64,000 nt of DNA, taken from NCBI GenBank assembly GCA_028376655.1, contig JAONAZ010000001.1, forward strand, positions 40,784 to 104,783, read 5' to 3'. Below are positions 50,292 through 59,650 of the stretch, piece by piece. A program made the position numbers and the translations under genes. Within the stretch, counting starts at the first letter, position 1; every line of letters begins with the position of its first letter. The stretch comes from Acidimicrobiia bacterium. Lineage in GTDB: Bacteria; Actinomycetota; Acidimicrobiia; Actinomarinales; Actinomarinaceae. The notes below the pieces were generated by a model that saw nothing but the letters and a program-made list of their open reading frames with translations, was not told where the DNA came from and ran no database searches.

Positions 50292-51674
50292 ATGAATTTT
50301 CTCTCCATGATTAAGAACAAACTTGGTGCATTGTCTATCTCATTAGGAATTTTTGCAGTTGTCACCACTATTAACTCCCAAACAATTCAACTTACACTTT
50401 GGGATAGAGATTTCGAAAAACCAATTGCTATTTTGCAATGGGTGAATCTCTCCTACTTATTAATGGCTGCTGTCTCAACTCTTTTAATTGGTAGATTTGC
50501 TGATTTAATTGGAAGAAAAAGAATGTTTATCTATGGTCTTTTAATCTACGGACTTTCAACATCTCTTCTTGTTGCTGTAAATTCTTTTGAACTTTTACTT
50601 GTTGCTAGGGGGCTCCAAGCATTAGGGGCACAATGTGTCATGGGTCTTAGTGTTGGTCTAATGACAACTATGTTTGGTGATGAGAATAGAGGATCTGCAG
50701 TTGGGTTAATTGCCTCAATTGGTTCTGTCTCTGTACTGTTTATTCCATTAACTATTGGCTACTTAGCTGAATACAACAACTGGAGGCTGTTTTTCATCTT
50801 ACCAGTAGCAATTTCTTTTATTAGTGCATATATTTTGCTTCGAGTAAATCTTGGCACAGAGACTGTAACAATTGATAAAGTAGATGTTAAGTCTTTAGTG
50901 TTTATTACATTAATACTCTCTAGTTTCTCATCAGCACTTACATTTTTTAGAGTTGAAAATATTACAAATACTATTAGCTTTCTACTTCTCTTCTTATGTC
51001 CTTATTTCATCTGGTTGTTCTATAAAAGACAGAAATCTGTTGCTAACCCTATCTTTCCACGAGGAGTGTTTTCAGATAAACGATTTCAAATCTCTCTTTT
51101 CACAATTGTTATCTACTTCATCTCTATTGGTGGATGGTCTATTCTCTCCCCATATTTTTTCACACAGGGTTTAGGTTTAAACTCTTTTGAGTATGGACTC
51201 ATTGGAACAGGGTTTGGTTTAATTCTTGTACCAATGGCGATTGTTGCTGGAAGAATTTATGACAAAAAAGGACTGAGAACTTCTCTTTATATTGGAGCTT
51301 ATGGAAATATTATTGCTGGGATAATCTGGTTAACAACTCCTTACTTTCTTAATATTCCTTATATCCTGCTTAATGGAATTTTTGGTATTGCCCCAGTTGT
51401 ATCTTCTGTTGCAACCGATGCTGAGATAATGTCTAAGTTCAATCTAGAGAACAGAGGGACGGGTTCATCCATGATTGAAACCCTTCATGTAATATTTGCT
51501 TTTGCTGGAACAGTTCTCTACTCAACAATATATGATTTTTCATTAGAGATATTTGTTGGAGGCGAAGCAACATATAGTACAGAAATGTTCTGCTTTATTA
51601 CAGGTATTCTTGCAATAATTAATTGGGGTATCCTTGCTATTCTTGTGAAAAAAAATGAGTCGCAACTTCAATAA
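50292..51674 (+). CDS. MFS transporter (DHA2/EmrB-like, ~14 TM)
   Basis: QWVNLSYLL, GRFADLIGRKR, LLVARGLQALG, ENRGSAVG, WRLFF. Confidence 0.88.
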   Translation: MNFLSMIKNKLGALSISLGIFAVVTTINSQTIQLTLWDRDFEKPIAILQWVNLSYLLMAAVSTLLIGRFADLIGRKRMFIYGLLIYGLSTSLLVAVNSFELLLVARGLQALGAQCVMGLSVGLMTTMFGDENRGSAVGLIASIGSVSVLFIPLTIGYLAEYNNWRLFFILPVAISFISAYILLRVNLGTETVTIDKVDVKSLVFITLILSSFSSALTFFRVENITNTISFLLLFLCPYFIWLFYKRQKSVANPIFPRGVFSDKRFQISLFTIVIYFISIGGWSILSPYFFTQGLGLNSFEYGLIGTGFGLILVPMAIVAGRIYDKKGLRTSLYIGAYGNIIAGIIWLTTPYFLNIPYILLNGIFGIAPVVSSVATDAEIMSKFNLENRGTGSSMIETLHVIFAFAGTVLYSTIYDFSLEIFVGGEATYSTEMFCFITGILAIINWGILAILVKKNESQLQ

Positions 51675-51736
51675 AAAGGTAGTCAACTCGTTCCCAGTTA
51701 ATATTTAAATCGATATTTTTCACTCTTATTGAAATT

Positions 51737-51859
51737 TTAGCTTTCCTCGTCCTCTTCTTTTTGAGCTACCCAAGTAATTTTATATCTACTGAAAGGGATA
51801 CCCCATTTTTCAATATGTTTAAGTAGCTTTTTTTCTTGACGCTGTGTTAGGTAGGCCAT
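51737..51859 (-). CDS. Putative 40-aa small protein
   Basis: MAYLTQRQEKKLLKHIEKWGIPFSRYKITWVAQKEEDEES; TACAAT 6 nt upstream of the ATG. Confidence 0.35.
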   Translation of the reverse strand: MAYLTQRQEKKLLKHIEKWGIPFSRYKITWVAQKEEDEES

Positions 51860-52348
51860 ATTCATATTGTAAACAGGGTAAACAATTTGTTCTCTTTAAA
51901 TATTGAGGCCATACATATACATATAGAGGGGGTTCATATTGACATATCCTTTACTTTTAGAAAGTTGCCTTATATTGCCCGAGGTGTAACGCATTATATA
52001 GAGGCACCGGCAAATTGATATATGCATTAAGTGTCTAGCTAGGTGTCTTGCTCTCAAGATACTACGACTTTTTTGTGTGTAGACAGGGGGATAGTTTTTT
52101 TTCCTAGATACATTATCCACCACCCCCAATACTTAACTCCCTTTTTTTTCTCCCAAATATAGGGTGGTTTTTTACATCATCATTTATAGGCTATTTCAAA
52201 ACAAGTGCAATAAATATAGGATTTAGAAATGTCATATATGGTGTATATCGTTCCAATGTTTATAGGGTTTTACATATATCTGTGGGGCGATAATGGGGAC
52301 GATTAGCTTAGGCGTTCGTTCTGTACTCTGGAATAACCAATGGAACAT

Positions 52349-52424
52349 TGGTGGCCAGAGGCAGAATCGAACTGCCGACCCCTTGTTTTTCAGACAAGTG
52401 CTCTACCGACTGAGCTATCTGGCC
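52349..52424 (-). tRNA. tRNA-Phe (GAA), CCA encoded
   Basis: Cloverleaf GGCCAGA..., anticodon arm CTTGT-CTGAAAA-ACAAG, GTTCGA T-loop. Confidence 0.97.
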
Positions 52425-52427
52425 GTA

Positions 52428-52505
52428 TGGCGGGGACGACGGGATTCGAACCCGCGACCTCCTGCGTGACAGGCAGGCGTGAACTCCAGACTTCACCACG
52501 CCCCC
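52428..52505 (-). tRNA. tRNA-Asp (GTC), CCA encoded
   Basis: Anticodon arm CCTGC-CTGTCAC-GCAGG; GGTTCGAATCC. Confidence 0.97.
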
Positions 52506-52568
52506 GATTTCTAAATTATAACTTATTTAAATGTTTTCAATGGTTTTTTTTAATTTACAATGGGTGTT

Positions 52569-54008
52569 ATGAAATTAATAAGTTATATAAAATATCTTTT
52601 TCGTTTTCTCTTTTTGCAGACAGTACTTACTTCTTTTTCAATTTATTATTTTGATAAGTTCCTAATTGGTGATTATTTTGAAGGATATTTAATAATTAGA
52701 GATAACTTGCTTGAAGATAGAGACCGTTTTTATCCCTTTATTACAAATGATTTTATTAAAACTGATATATATATTGCTCTTTTTATATTTATTTTTTTAA
52801 TAATTCTTTACTCTACAAATTTTTACACATATGTAAACGAACTAACATATACTCTAGAAAAAAAGTTTTTTGATGAATTTTTCCCAATTTATCTTTTATG
52901 GACAAGCTGTATGTTTGTTTTCTTTTATGTATTGAGATTTTCAATACTAGCAAGAAGCTACTTGATACTATTCACATTTTTAGTACCGTTGATTCTTATT
53001 CTGTTTAGAAATAGTGAACTTCTTTCATCGTTACTAGGCAGATCTGTTTCAGGTGAAAGTTTTATTACGTTTAACCTTGATAAAGACTCGATTTATAGAA
53101 AATTAAGAATTATGACATTCAGAAAAAATATTGGCGACTATGAACTTTCAGATTTTAAAAATCCTAATGAGATAATAAATTCCATAGATGAGATAAATAA
53201 AAATACTGAAATGAATTTACTTATTTTTAATTTAGGTACAGTAAAAACTCTTCCAGTAGAACTTGAGAAGTATCTTATAAAAATAAATAAAAAAATACTT
53301 TTAATCTCAGAAGATCGCATTGAATTTAACAATAAATTTATTTATAGAAGTGAAAAACTAGATGGTTCTTTCTTAACCTACTTCAATAACGATATTCAAT
53401 ATGGATCCAAATATATTGTAAAAAGAATATTGGATATTCTAGTATCATTTACAGTAATAACCCTGTTGTCTCCGTTGTATGTGTTTTTATATTTATTTAT
53501 ACTCATCAAAGATGGTAGGCCAGTAGTCATTAAGCAAAATAGAGTTGGCCTACATGGAAAACAATTTTCTATGTACAAATTTAGAACAATGAAAAATAAT
53601 TCCCATTCCTTACGAGGTGAGCTAAGTGATTTGAATGAAAGAAAAGGGCCTATTTTTAAAATAGAAAATGATCCCAGAATACTTCAAGGAGCAAATTTCA
53701 TCAGAGACTTTAGTTTTGACGAACTTCCACAATTCTTCAATGTAATTAAGGGAAGTATGTCTGTAGTCGGTCCTAGGCCATTATTTGATAATGATACAAA
53801 GTCCTTCAGCACAAACTATATGAGAAGGTTGAATGTCATGCCGGGCATAACAGGTTTACTACAAATTAATGATCGAAATGCTACTGAGTTTTCAACATGG
53901 TATAAATATGATATTTTATATATAGAGAATTGGTCAATAGCACTTGATTTAAAAATTATATTAAAAACTCCATTAGCACTGATTAAATCTAAAACCAAAG
54001 GCATCTAA
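52569..54008 (+). CDS. Priming polyprenyl-phosphate sugar phosphotransferase (Bac_transf domain)
   Basis: KRILDI, RVGLHGK, YKFRTM, DELPQFFNV, VGPRP, PGITGL; start set to ATG 52569, which has TACAAT 7 nt upstream. Confidence 0.92.
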   Translation: MKLISYIKYLFRFLFLQTVLTSFSIYYFDKFLIGDYFEGYLIIRDNLLEDRDRFYPFITNDFIKTDIYIALFIFIFLIILYSTNFYTYVNELTYTLEKKFFDEFFPIYLLWTSCMFVFFYVLRFSILARSYLILFTFLVPLILILFRNSELLSSLLGRSVSGESFITFNLDKDSIYRKLRIMTFRKNIGDYELSDFKNPNEIINSIDEINKNTEMNLLIFNLGTVKTLPVELEKYLIKINKKILLISEDRIEFNNKFIYRSEKLDGSFLTYFNNDIQYGSKYIVKRILDILVSFTVITLLSPLYVFLYLFILIKDGRPVVIKQNRVGLHGKQFSMYKFRTMKNNSHSLRGELSDLNERKGPIFKIENDPRILQGANFIRDFSFDELPQFFNVIKGSMSVVGPRPLFDNDTKSFSTNYMRRLNVMPGITGLLQINDRNATEFSTWYKYDILYIENWSIALDLKIILKTPLALIKSKTKGI

Positions 54009-54015
54009 TTCATTG

Positions 54016-54088
54016 TGGGTCGGGTGGGAATCGAACCCACGACCTTGAGCTTAAAAGGCTCCTGCTCTACCAATTGAGCTACCGACCC
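54016..54088 (-). tRNA. tRNA-Lys (TTT), CCA not encoded
   Basis: GGGTCGG acceptor stem, loop CTTTTAA, GGTTCGATTCC. Confidence 0.95.
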
Positions 54089-54143
54089 AATAACTATTAA
54101 AGAATACTATACCTCCAAACCTTATATAAATAATTTGTATATA

Positions 54144-54404
54144 TTATTCTTCTTCATTAGTCCTTAGCTTATTCTGCCTATCTTTGTTAATGTCTTTAAC
54201 GTTGACTGTTGATAACTGAAATTGGTTCTGAAGGCTTTCGATATTATTAATAGTTTCTTTTTTAGTTTCTTCATTTAATGATGACAGCTTGATGGAGTCC
54301 AACAATTTGTTAAATATTTCGAAAGTTTCGTCAAGAGTATCTCCTAATGAGTCTTGTAGGTCTTGGACAAGATTATCATCACTTTCTGTTTTTTTTTCAT
54401 TCAT
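54144..54404 (-). CDS. Hypothetical protein
   Basis: 86-aa ORF with TATAAT 6 nt upstream. Confidence 0.6.
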   Translation of the reverse strand: MNEKKTESDDNLVQDLQDSLGDTLDETFEIFNKLLDSIKLSSLNEETKKETINNIESLQNQFQLSTVNVKDINKDRQNKLRTNEEE

Positions 54405-54418
54405 ACAAAGATTATAAA

Positions 54419-55261
54419 TTAATATTTAGCCTTGTCTTTAAATTTAAGATTTGGTTTGTTAGTTAATCTTTGTTTCGCCCATCTTGCGGGAGCAATCAGT
54501 CTAAAAAAAGGTGGTAATAAAGGTCTTGTATATTTCAAGAGCTTCAAATTAAATGCCAATATAAAGTTTTTAATTTGTGATTCTTTTATCCCATATATTT
54601 TTTTGAATTCTGGAGGTAAAGTGTTAAAGGCAGTAAACGCAATAAATGGCCAAATTGGTTTTATGTGACGCGGGACTGGTCCACCCCTAATGATATTTTT
54701 TACATCTTGAGCTACATCAGTATTCATTAAAAAATCTTTTTGTTTTGATTTTTGTATAACCCAGTTTTTTAATTCTTCGTGTGTGTCTGGCATAAGATTT
54801 GTATCTACTAAAACTAACTCTGCTGCTTTTGTGTTTTCTTCATGGTATTGGTTTTTCTCTTTATCACTTAACTTTTTAACAGTTAATTCGTAAAAGTAGA
54901 TTGAGGAAATCTGCAAACAAGCATGTACCCAAAGGAGTTGTTCGTGATCAAGCGCATCATATATTTCACCAGAAACCTCATCAGTTCCTTTGATAACTTC
55001 ATGAAGTTTATTAATTCTATTTGCACTTTCTTCAGCTTCTTTCTTGGTTCCAAAGGTAAGAGAGTTTTGTAATGATAACGTACGTATTAGCCTCTTCCAC
55101 GGATCTCTTTGGTAAAACGAAGTTTGTCTTGCCCCAGCAGCAATTAATGGGTGGGCTGCATGCATTAGCAATGCTCGGGCTCCTCCGAAAAGAACTGTAA
55201 TTTCTTTATTAATTTTCCACATCATGGATGTGGGGCCAAAGTAACCTGGGTCTCCATTCAT
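54419..55261 (-). CDS. Oxygenase MpaB family (DUF2236) protein
   Basis: GYFGPTS, GGARALLMHAAHP, RLIRT, YDALD..LLWVH. Confidence 0.88.
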   Translation of the reverse strand: MNGDPGYFGPTSMMWKINKEITVLFGGARALLMHAAHPLIAAGARQTSFYQRDPWKRLIRTLSLQNSLTFGTKKEAEESANRINKLHEVIKGTDEVSGEIYDALDHEQLLWVHACLQISSIYFYELTVKKLSDKEKNQYHEENTKAAELVLVDTNLMPDTHEELKNWVIQKSKQKDFLMNTDVAQDVKNIIRGGPVPRHIKPIWPFIAFTAFNTLPPEFKKIYGIKESQIKNFILAFNLKLLKYTRPLLPPFFRLIAPARWAKQRLTNKPNLKFKDKAKY

Positions 55262-55352
55262 ATTTTACATTTTATCTGCTTTTGTTAAATACAAATAATC
55301 ATATATATAAATAACACAAGAAATATAAATTTGATTTAGCGATAATTGTGGT

Positions 55353-55661
55353 ATGAATAAAAAAATATATTCTATTTGTGGAGATTCAAATCAGATTGTT
55401 GACTTTGAAACGATAGGTAATGATCCCAATTTTGTCTTTAAAAATGATCCAAATTTTGAAACGATAGTACTTTATGACCCAGAAGGAAACATTGTAAATG
55501 TTAATTCTTGGTTAGAGTGCGCTAATTATGTAAACGGTGTGTGGACTAATGGTCTGTACGAACAACTTGATTTTGAAAGAATGCTATTTTTCTTGACAGT
55601 ATCTTCAATTTTTTTATATCTAGTGTTTAAAAAGATTTGGAAAGTTAGAAATTATCAATGA
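55353..55661 (+). CDS. Hypothetical protein with a C-terminal TM helix
   Basis: 102-aa ORF overlapping the next start codon (ATGA). Confidence 0.65.
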   Translation: MNKKIYSICGDSNQIVDFETIGNDPNFVFKNDPNFETIVLYDPEGNIVNVNSWLECANYVNGVWTNGLYEQLDFERMLFFLTVSSIFLYLVFKKIWKVRNYQ

Positions 55662-57673
55662 GCAGTAATATTAGGAAATTAACATTCTTTTTGACTACTT
55701 TTTTGCTTCTACTCTTACCATGGTTTCTACAAAATAGCTCTGAAGAAATCGAACCTGTTCTAATAGATAAAAAAGGTACTGCTTTTTATCAAACAAACAC
55801 TTGCGAATTTACACTTTTTGATATTTTAAGTCAAAATTTTTTAAATGACGAAATAAATATCTTGCCTGATACTTATTCAAGCGTAAAGTGTAATTCTAAA
55901 ATTAATGGTGTAGATTACTTTGAATCAGATATAAAGGTTTACATTGGTACAAATGCAAATATTGATTTTCTTTTACAATCGCTCATATGGCTATTACTAA
56001 TAGCTTTGATCCCAAAATCAAATGTAAGAAAATTTAAATACAACAACATAATACCAATTGCTATTACGTCTATTTTATTCACACTTCATCTACTTGGTGA
56101 AAAGAATTTCTATACTTCATTTGCAAAAAGTTACAGTAGCAATATTTCCTTTGATAACTACTTTTTAACTTCATTAATAGCGGCATTAATTTTTATATTG
56201 ATTATTTTTGATGACCTATTAAAAGATAGGTTTTATAACTTAATTAATTATTTTCCTTTTATGTTTCTATTTATAGGTGCATATAATACCTTCAATCTAA
56301 ATTTCTATTTGATAATTCTGGTCTACATAGGATTAAGAATCTTTTTTGAAACTAAAGTAAATGTTAAACTTACTTTGCTTTACGCTTTATTGACAGTTTT
56401 CTGGTTAGTGAATAATGAAAATATATATTTATACTTTGATGTTGATAAATTAAAAGGGTTTGTAAGTAGTTCACAAAGTACTTACTCACAAATTTTTTGG
56501 ATTATTTCTTTTTACTTTGTTGTTCTTGCTTTGTATACAATACTTAATGAATCCAAAGATTTTGTTAATCTTAAAATGATAAGATACAACTTTCTTTTAG
56601 TTGGTGGACTTGTTTCTTTGTTTGGAATACTTTCTGCATTTTACCCCTTTATAAGATTTTTAACTTATTACAACCTAGGTCTAAATAAGCTTGGAATGGG
56701 AAACTTTACAGCGATAGAAGGTAATACTTGGAGAGGTATATCACATAGCGCTGAGGCCTTAGGGGAATACGCTGCATTTACAATCTTATTTGCTGTTTTA
56801 ATTTCATTTCATTATAAAATTAAAATTTCAAATTTTGAAATAGTGTTAATATTTTTAACTTTATTGAACTTATTTAGGTCTAATAATTTTGCAGCTGTAT
56901 CTTCAATGGTCATTTTTATTACTCTCTTCTTTATGAATCAGTTGATAAAGAGTAAATCCTTTAAAATCACACTGATTATATTTGTTATTTTTTCTTCATT
57001 AATTATTTATAGTAAGACAAGTGAATATAGCTATAAATTTGTTAGCAGTGTACTACTAAATGAAGCGGTGAATGCTTCTATAATCTCTGATACCTTACCT
57101 GGAAATGAGGATGGATTTACTGCAGCTGATTTTTCTAATTTTGAAATATTTTTACAAGAATCAAAAGAAGACAGTAGTCTTTCAAGTTCACTTTATTATG
57201 CCTTGGACCAATATACTAATGATGGAAATATCAAATATTTGCCAGATAGTGTAGCCATGGTTAGCCAAATTTCAGTCCCTATTAATCGATCTGAAAAATG
57301 GGGAATATTTATAGCTAAGTATGACCCTGATTTCTTTGAATTCATTTTTGGAAAAGGTCCGTTACAGTTGGCAGATTATTACTTAAGTCATGAAACAAAA
57401 TATAACGATGGCCTAGTTCTCCCACATTCCTCTTTGCTTGACCTATTAATATTCTTTGGGATATTTGGAGTTTTTAGTTTATTAATATATTCTACTTATT
57501 TAATTTACAGCAACAAAAAGAATGCGGTCTACAATTACTTGTTTTTGTTTTTATTGATAAATTACATGAAAAGTGACTCGATTCTTTATCTCTCAAGCTT
57601 CATTCTTTTATATTTTACAACTTATTTTTATAAGTTTTCCTTTGCCATAGAAGGAAATCTTTATAATGAATAA
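55658..57673 (+). CDS. Large multi-pass membrane protein with an O-antigen ligase/Wzy-like C-terminus
   Basis: NRSEKWG, FGKGP, PHSSLLDLLIFFGIFG. Confidence 0.6.
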   Translation: MSSNIRKLTFFLTTFLLLLLPWFLQNSSEEIEPVLIDKKGTAFYQTNTCEFTLFDILSQNFLNDEINILPDTYSSVKCNSKINGVDYFESDIKVYIGTNANIDFLLQSLIWLLLIALIPKSNVRKFKYNNIIPIAITSILFTLHLLGEKNFYTSFAKSYSSNISFDNYFLTSLIAALIFILIIFDDLLKDRFYNLINYFPFMFLFIGAYNTFNLNFYLIILVYIGLRIFFETKVNVKLTLLYALLTVFWLVNNENIYLYFDVDKLKGFVSSSQSTYSQIFWIISFYFVVLALYTILNESKDFVNLKMIRYNFLLVGGLVSLFGILSAFYPFIRFLTYYNLGLNKLGMGNFTAIEGNTWRGISHSAEALGEYAAFTILFAVLISFHYKIKISNFEIVLIFLTLLNLFRSNNFAAVSSMVIFITLFFMNQLIKSKSFKITLIIFVIFSSLIIYSKTSEYSYKFVSSVLLNEAVNASIISDTLPGNEDGFTAADFSNFEIFLQESKEDSSLSSSLYYALDQYTNDGNIKYLPDSVAMVSQISVPINRSEKWGIFIAKYDPDFFEFIFGKGPLQLADYYLSHETKYNDGLVLPHSSLLDLLIFFGIFGVFSLLIYSTYLIYSNKKNAVYNYLFLFLLINYMKSDSILYLSSFILLYFTTYFYKFSFAIEGNLYNE

Positions 57674-58820
57674 CATTACTTATGTTACCTATCAAACTTT
57701 TCCAGCAAATACTGCTAACTCTCTTCAAACAATTACTAACCTGAAATTTCTTGTTAAGAGGAAGCATAATGTAAGATTGATATTTCCAAACAGAAGCCTA
57801 GATAGTTCCAGTGATTTAAAGACCCTCCAGTCTCATTATCAGTTTTCAGAATTTTTTGAAATTAATATGTTAGGTCACAATCTTCCTTTTAGGGACTATA
57901 AAGGCAAAGCTTTATTCAAGAAAATTCGATTTCATCTGAGTCATTATTTATGGTCTAAAAAGGCATACAAATTTATTGAATCTAGTAATAGAGTGAATGA
58001 TATTTTTATCACAAGATCTGATTGGTTATTCTACTTTTTAGCTAAAAAAAATAAAAAGGTTATATTTGAATGCCACCAAGTCTCAAGATTACGAATATAC
58101 CTAATAAAAAAATGCCTCAAATTTGAAAAGATAAAGATTATATTTACTCATCCATTACTGTTAGAAGATTTTAAGATTGATGAAAATTATAATGAAAAAT
58201 GTGAGGTTATACACAATGCATATGATGAAGATTTTTTTGATAACAAGATAAAGAAAAAAGGCTCCAATACTGTTATCTTTGTTGGGAATTTGTTGAGATT
58301 TGGAAAAACTAGAAGTATTGAGTTCTTTATTGATGCGTTTAATGACTCAAGATTAAGTACTTTTAATCTTAAAGTAATTGGAGGGCCCTCTTCAAAAAGT
58401 AACAAATACAAAGAATTAGTTAAAAAAAAGAATATAAAAAATATAAAATTTTTGGGGCATTTGCCAAGAAGTGAGACACTATTTGAAATGCAACAGGCAA
58501 AAATTGGTTTATTGATAAATTCAAGCGAAAGTAAGCATTCATTAAGACACACTTCTCCATTAAAATACTTTGAATACCTGAGGGCAAAGTTACAAATAGT
58601 TGCTGTAGATTTTCCATCACATAGAGAACTTCCTTTTAATGAAAATATAATATTTTTTGATGAAGATAATAAAGAAATGTTTATACAAAAATTATATGAA
58701 CTTAAAGATATTGAACCATTTGAAAATACAGAATACGAAGAATTTTCCTATTCCTCAAGGATTAAAAAAATCGAAAAAATAATAGCACGCCTGGAGGGAC
58801 TCGAACCCCCAACCCTCTGA
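57666..58820 (+). CDS. Glycosyltransferase family 4-like
   Basis: ANSLQT, FVGNL, SPLKYFEYL; 3' end overlaps tRNA-Arg. Confidence 0.85.
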   Translation: MNNITYVTYQTFPANTANSLQTITNLKFLVKRKHNVRLIFPNRSLDSSSDLKTLQSHYQFSEFFEINMLGHNLPFRDYKGKALFKKIRFHLSHYLWSKKAYKFIESSNRVNDIFITRSDWLFYFLAKKNKKVIFECHQVSRLRIYLIKKCLKFEKIKIIFTHPLLLEDFKIDENYNEKCEVIHNAYDEDFFDNKIKKKGSNTVIFVGNLLRFGKTRSIEFFIDAFNDSRLSTFNLKVIGGPSSKSNKYKELVKKKNIKNIKFLGHLPRSETLFEMQQAKIGLLINSSESKHSLRHTSPLKYFEYLRAKLQIVAVDFPSHRELPFNENIIFFDEDNKEMFIQKLYELKDIEPFENTEYEEFSYSSRIKKIEKIIARLEGLEPPTL

Positions 58821-58859
58821 TCCGAAGTCAGATGCTCTATCCAGTTGAGCCACAGGCGC
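58786..58859 (-). tRNA. tRNA-Arg (TCG), CCA not encoded
   Basis: GCGCCTG acceptor, anticodon arm TCTGA-CTTCGGA-TCAGA, GGTTCGAGTCC. Confidence 0.95.
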
Positions 58860-58894
58860 AAAATTTACTATTGACCGTATAATAAACTAGATAA

Positions 58895-59650
58895 ATGAAA
58901 AAAGTAAAAATTCTTAAAACAAATATAAGTCAAGTAAGTTTGTCGAAAGCTGCAGAAATATTGACATCGAGTAAGAACACTACTGTAGCAGTTTGTAATG
59001 CAAATTCACTTGTTAGATCTTATAGGAGTAGTGAGCTAAATAAGATTTTGAATTCCTTTAATTTGAATCTTCCTGATGGTTTTTCTGTAGCTAAGGCATC
59101 TTCAATATTGTATAGCAATGATCAAAAACGTGTAGATGGTTTTAAGATATTTAAAGAGACGATAAAAAAAGGACTGGAAAATAATACGAGTCATTATTTT
59201 TTTGGAAATAGTGAGGATGTAATCAGTAAATTAATTTTGGTCCTAAAAAGTGAATATCCTGATATTAATATTGCTGGGTATAACTGTCCTCCAATGAGTT
59301 CAGCAGAAACACTCTCATCAATTAGCTACCAGGAGTTAATTTCACAATTAAACCCAGATATAGTGTGGGTGTCTTTGGGGTTTCCAAAACAAGAGTATGT
59401 TGTTAATGAACTTTCCAATTCAGAAAAGGTTACTTCTAACTTAGTTGGTATTGGTTTTGCGATTGAATGGGTAGCTGGAACTAAGGTAAAGGCTCCAGAA
59501 TTTTTAGCAAATATAGGAGTGGAGTGGATATTCAGATTAATTCAAGAACCTAAACGTTTGTATAAAAGATATCTAATAGATAATACTCTATTCGTAATCT
59601 ATTTCTTAAAACAAATATTAACAAATGATAAGAAGGTTACATCCGAATGA
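58895..59650 (+). CDS. WecB/TagA/CpsF family glycosyltransferase (GT26)
   Basis: LPDG, RVDG, VWVSLGFPKQE, GVEWIFRLIQEPKRLYKRY. Confidence 0.93.
   Translation: MKKVKILKTNISQVSLSKAAEILTSSKNTTVAVCNANSLVRSYRSSELNKILNSFNLNLPDGFSVAKASSILYSNDQKRVDGFKIFKETIKKGLENNTSHYFFGNSEDVISKLILVLKSEYPDINIAGYNCPPMSSAETLSSISYQELISQLNPDIVWVSLGFPKQEYVVNELSNSEKVTSNLVGIGFAIEWVAGTKVKAPEFLANIGVEWIFRLIQEPKRLYKRYLIDNTLFVIYFLKQILTNDKKVTSE

Larger units (their letters stand above)
49825..52348. mobile_element. tRNA-Phe-targeted integrative cassette (proximal), no integrase
   Basis: Lies between the intact tRNA-Phe and a 3' fragment copy; carries DsrE-like and MFS genes. Confidence 0.65.

Noticed and set aside
51896..52129. 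77-aa ORF in the long intergenic region
   Set aside because: No motif, atypical composition and no promoter or SD signal at the start
47424..52394. Three 43-44 bp direct repeats as a CRISPR array or integron attC sites
   Set aside because: Spacing is ~2.4-2.6 kb, the repeat is a tRNA-Phe fragment, and no cas or intI genes are present
52308..52654. ORFs 52308..52499(-) and 52340..52654(+)
   Set aside because: They are translations of the tRNA-Phe/tRNA-Asp genes
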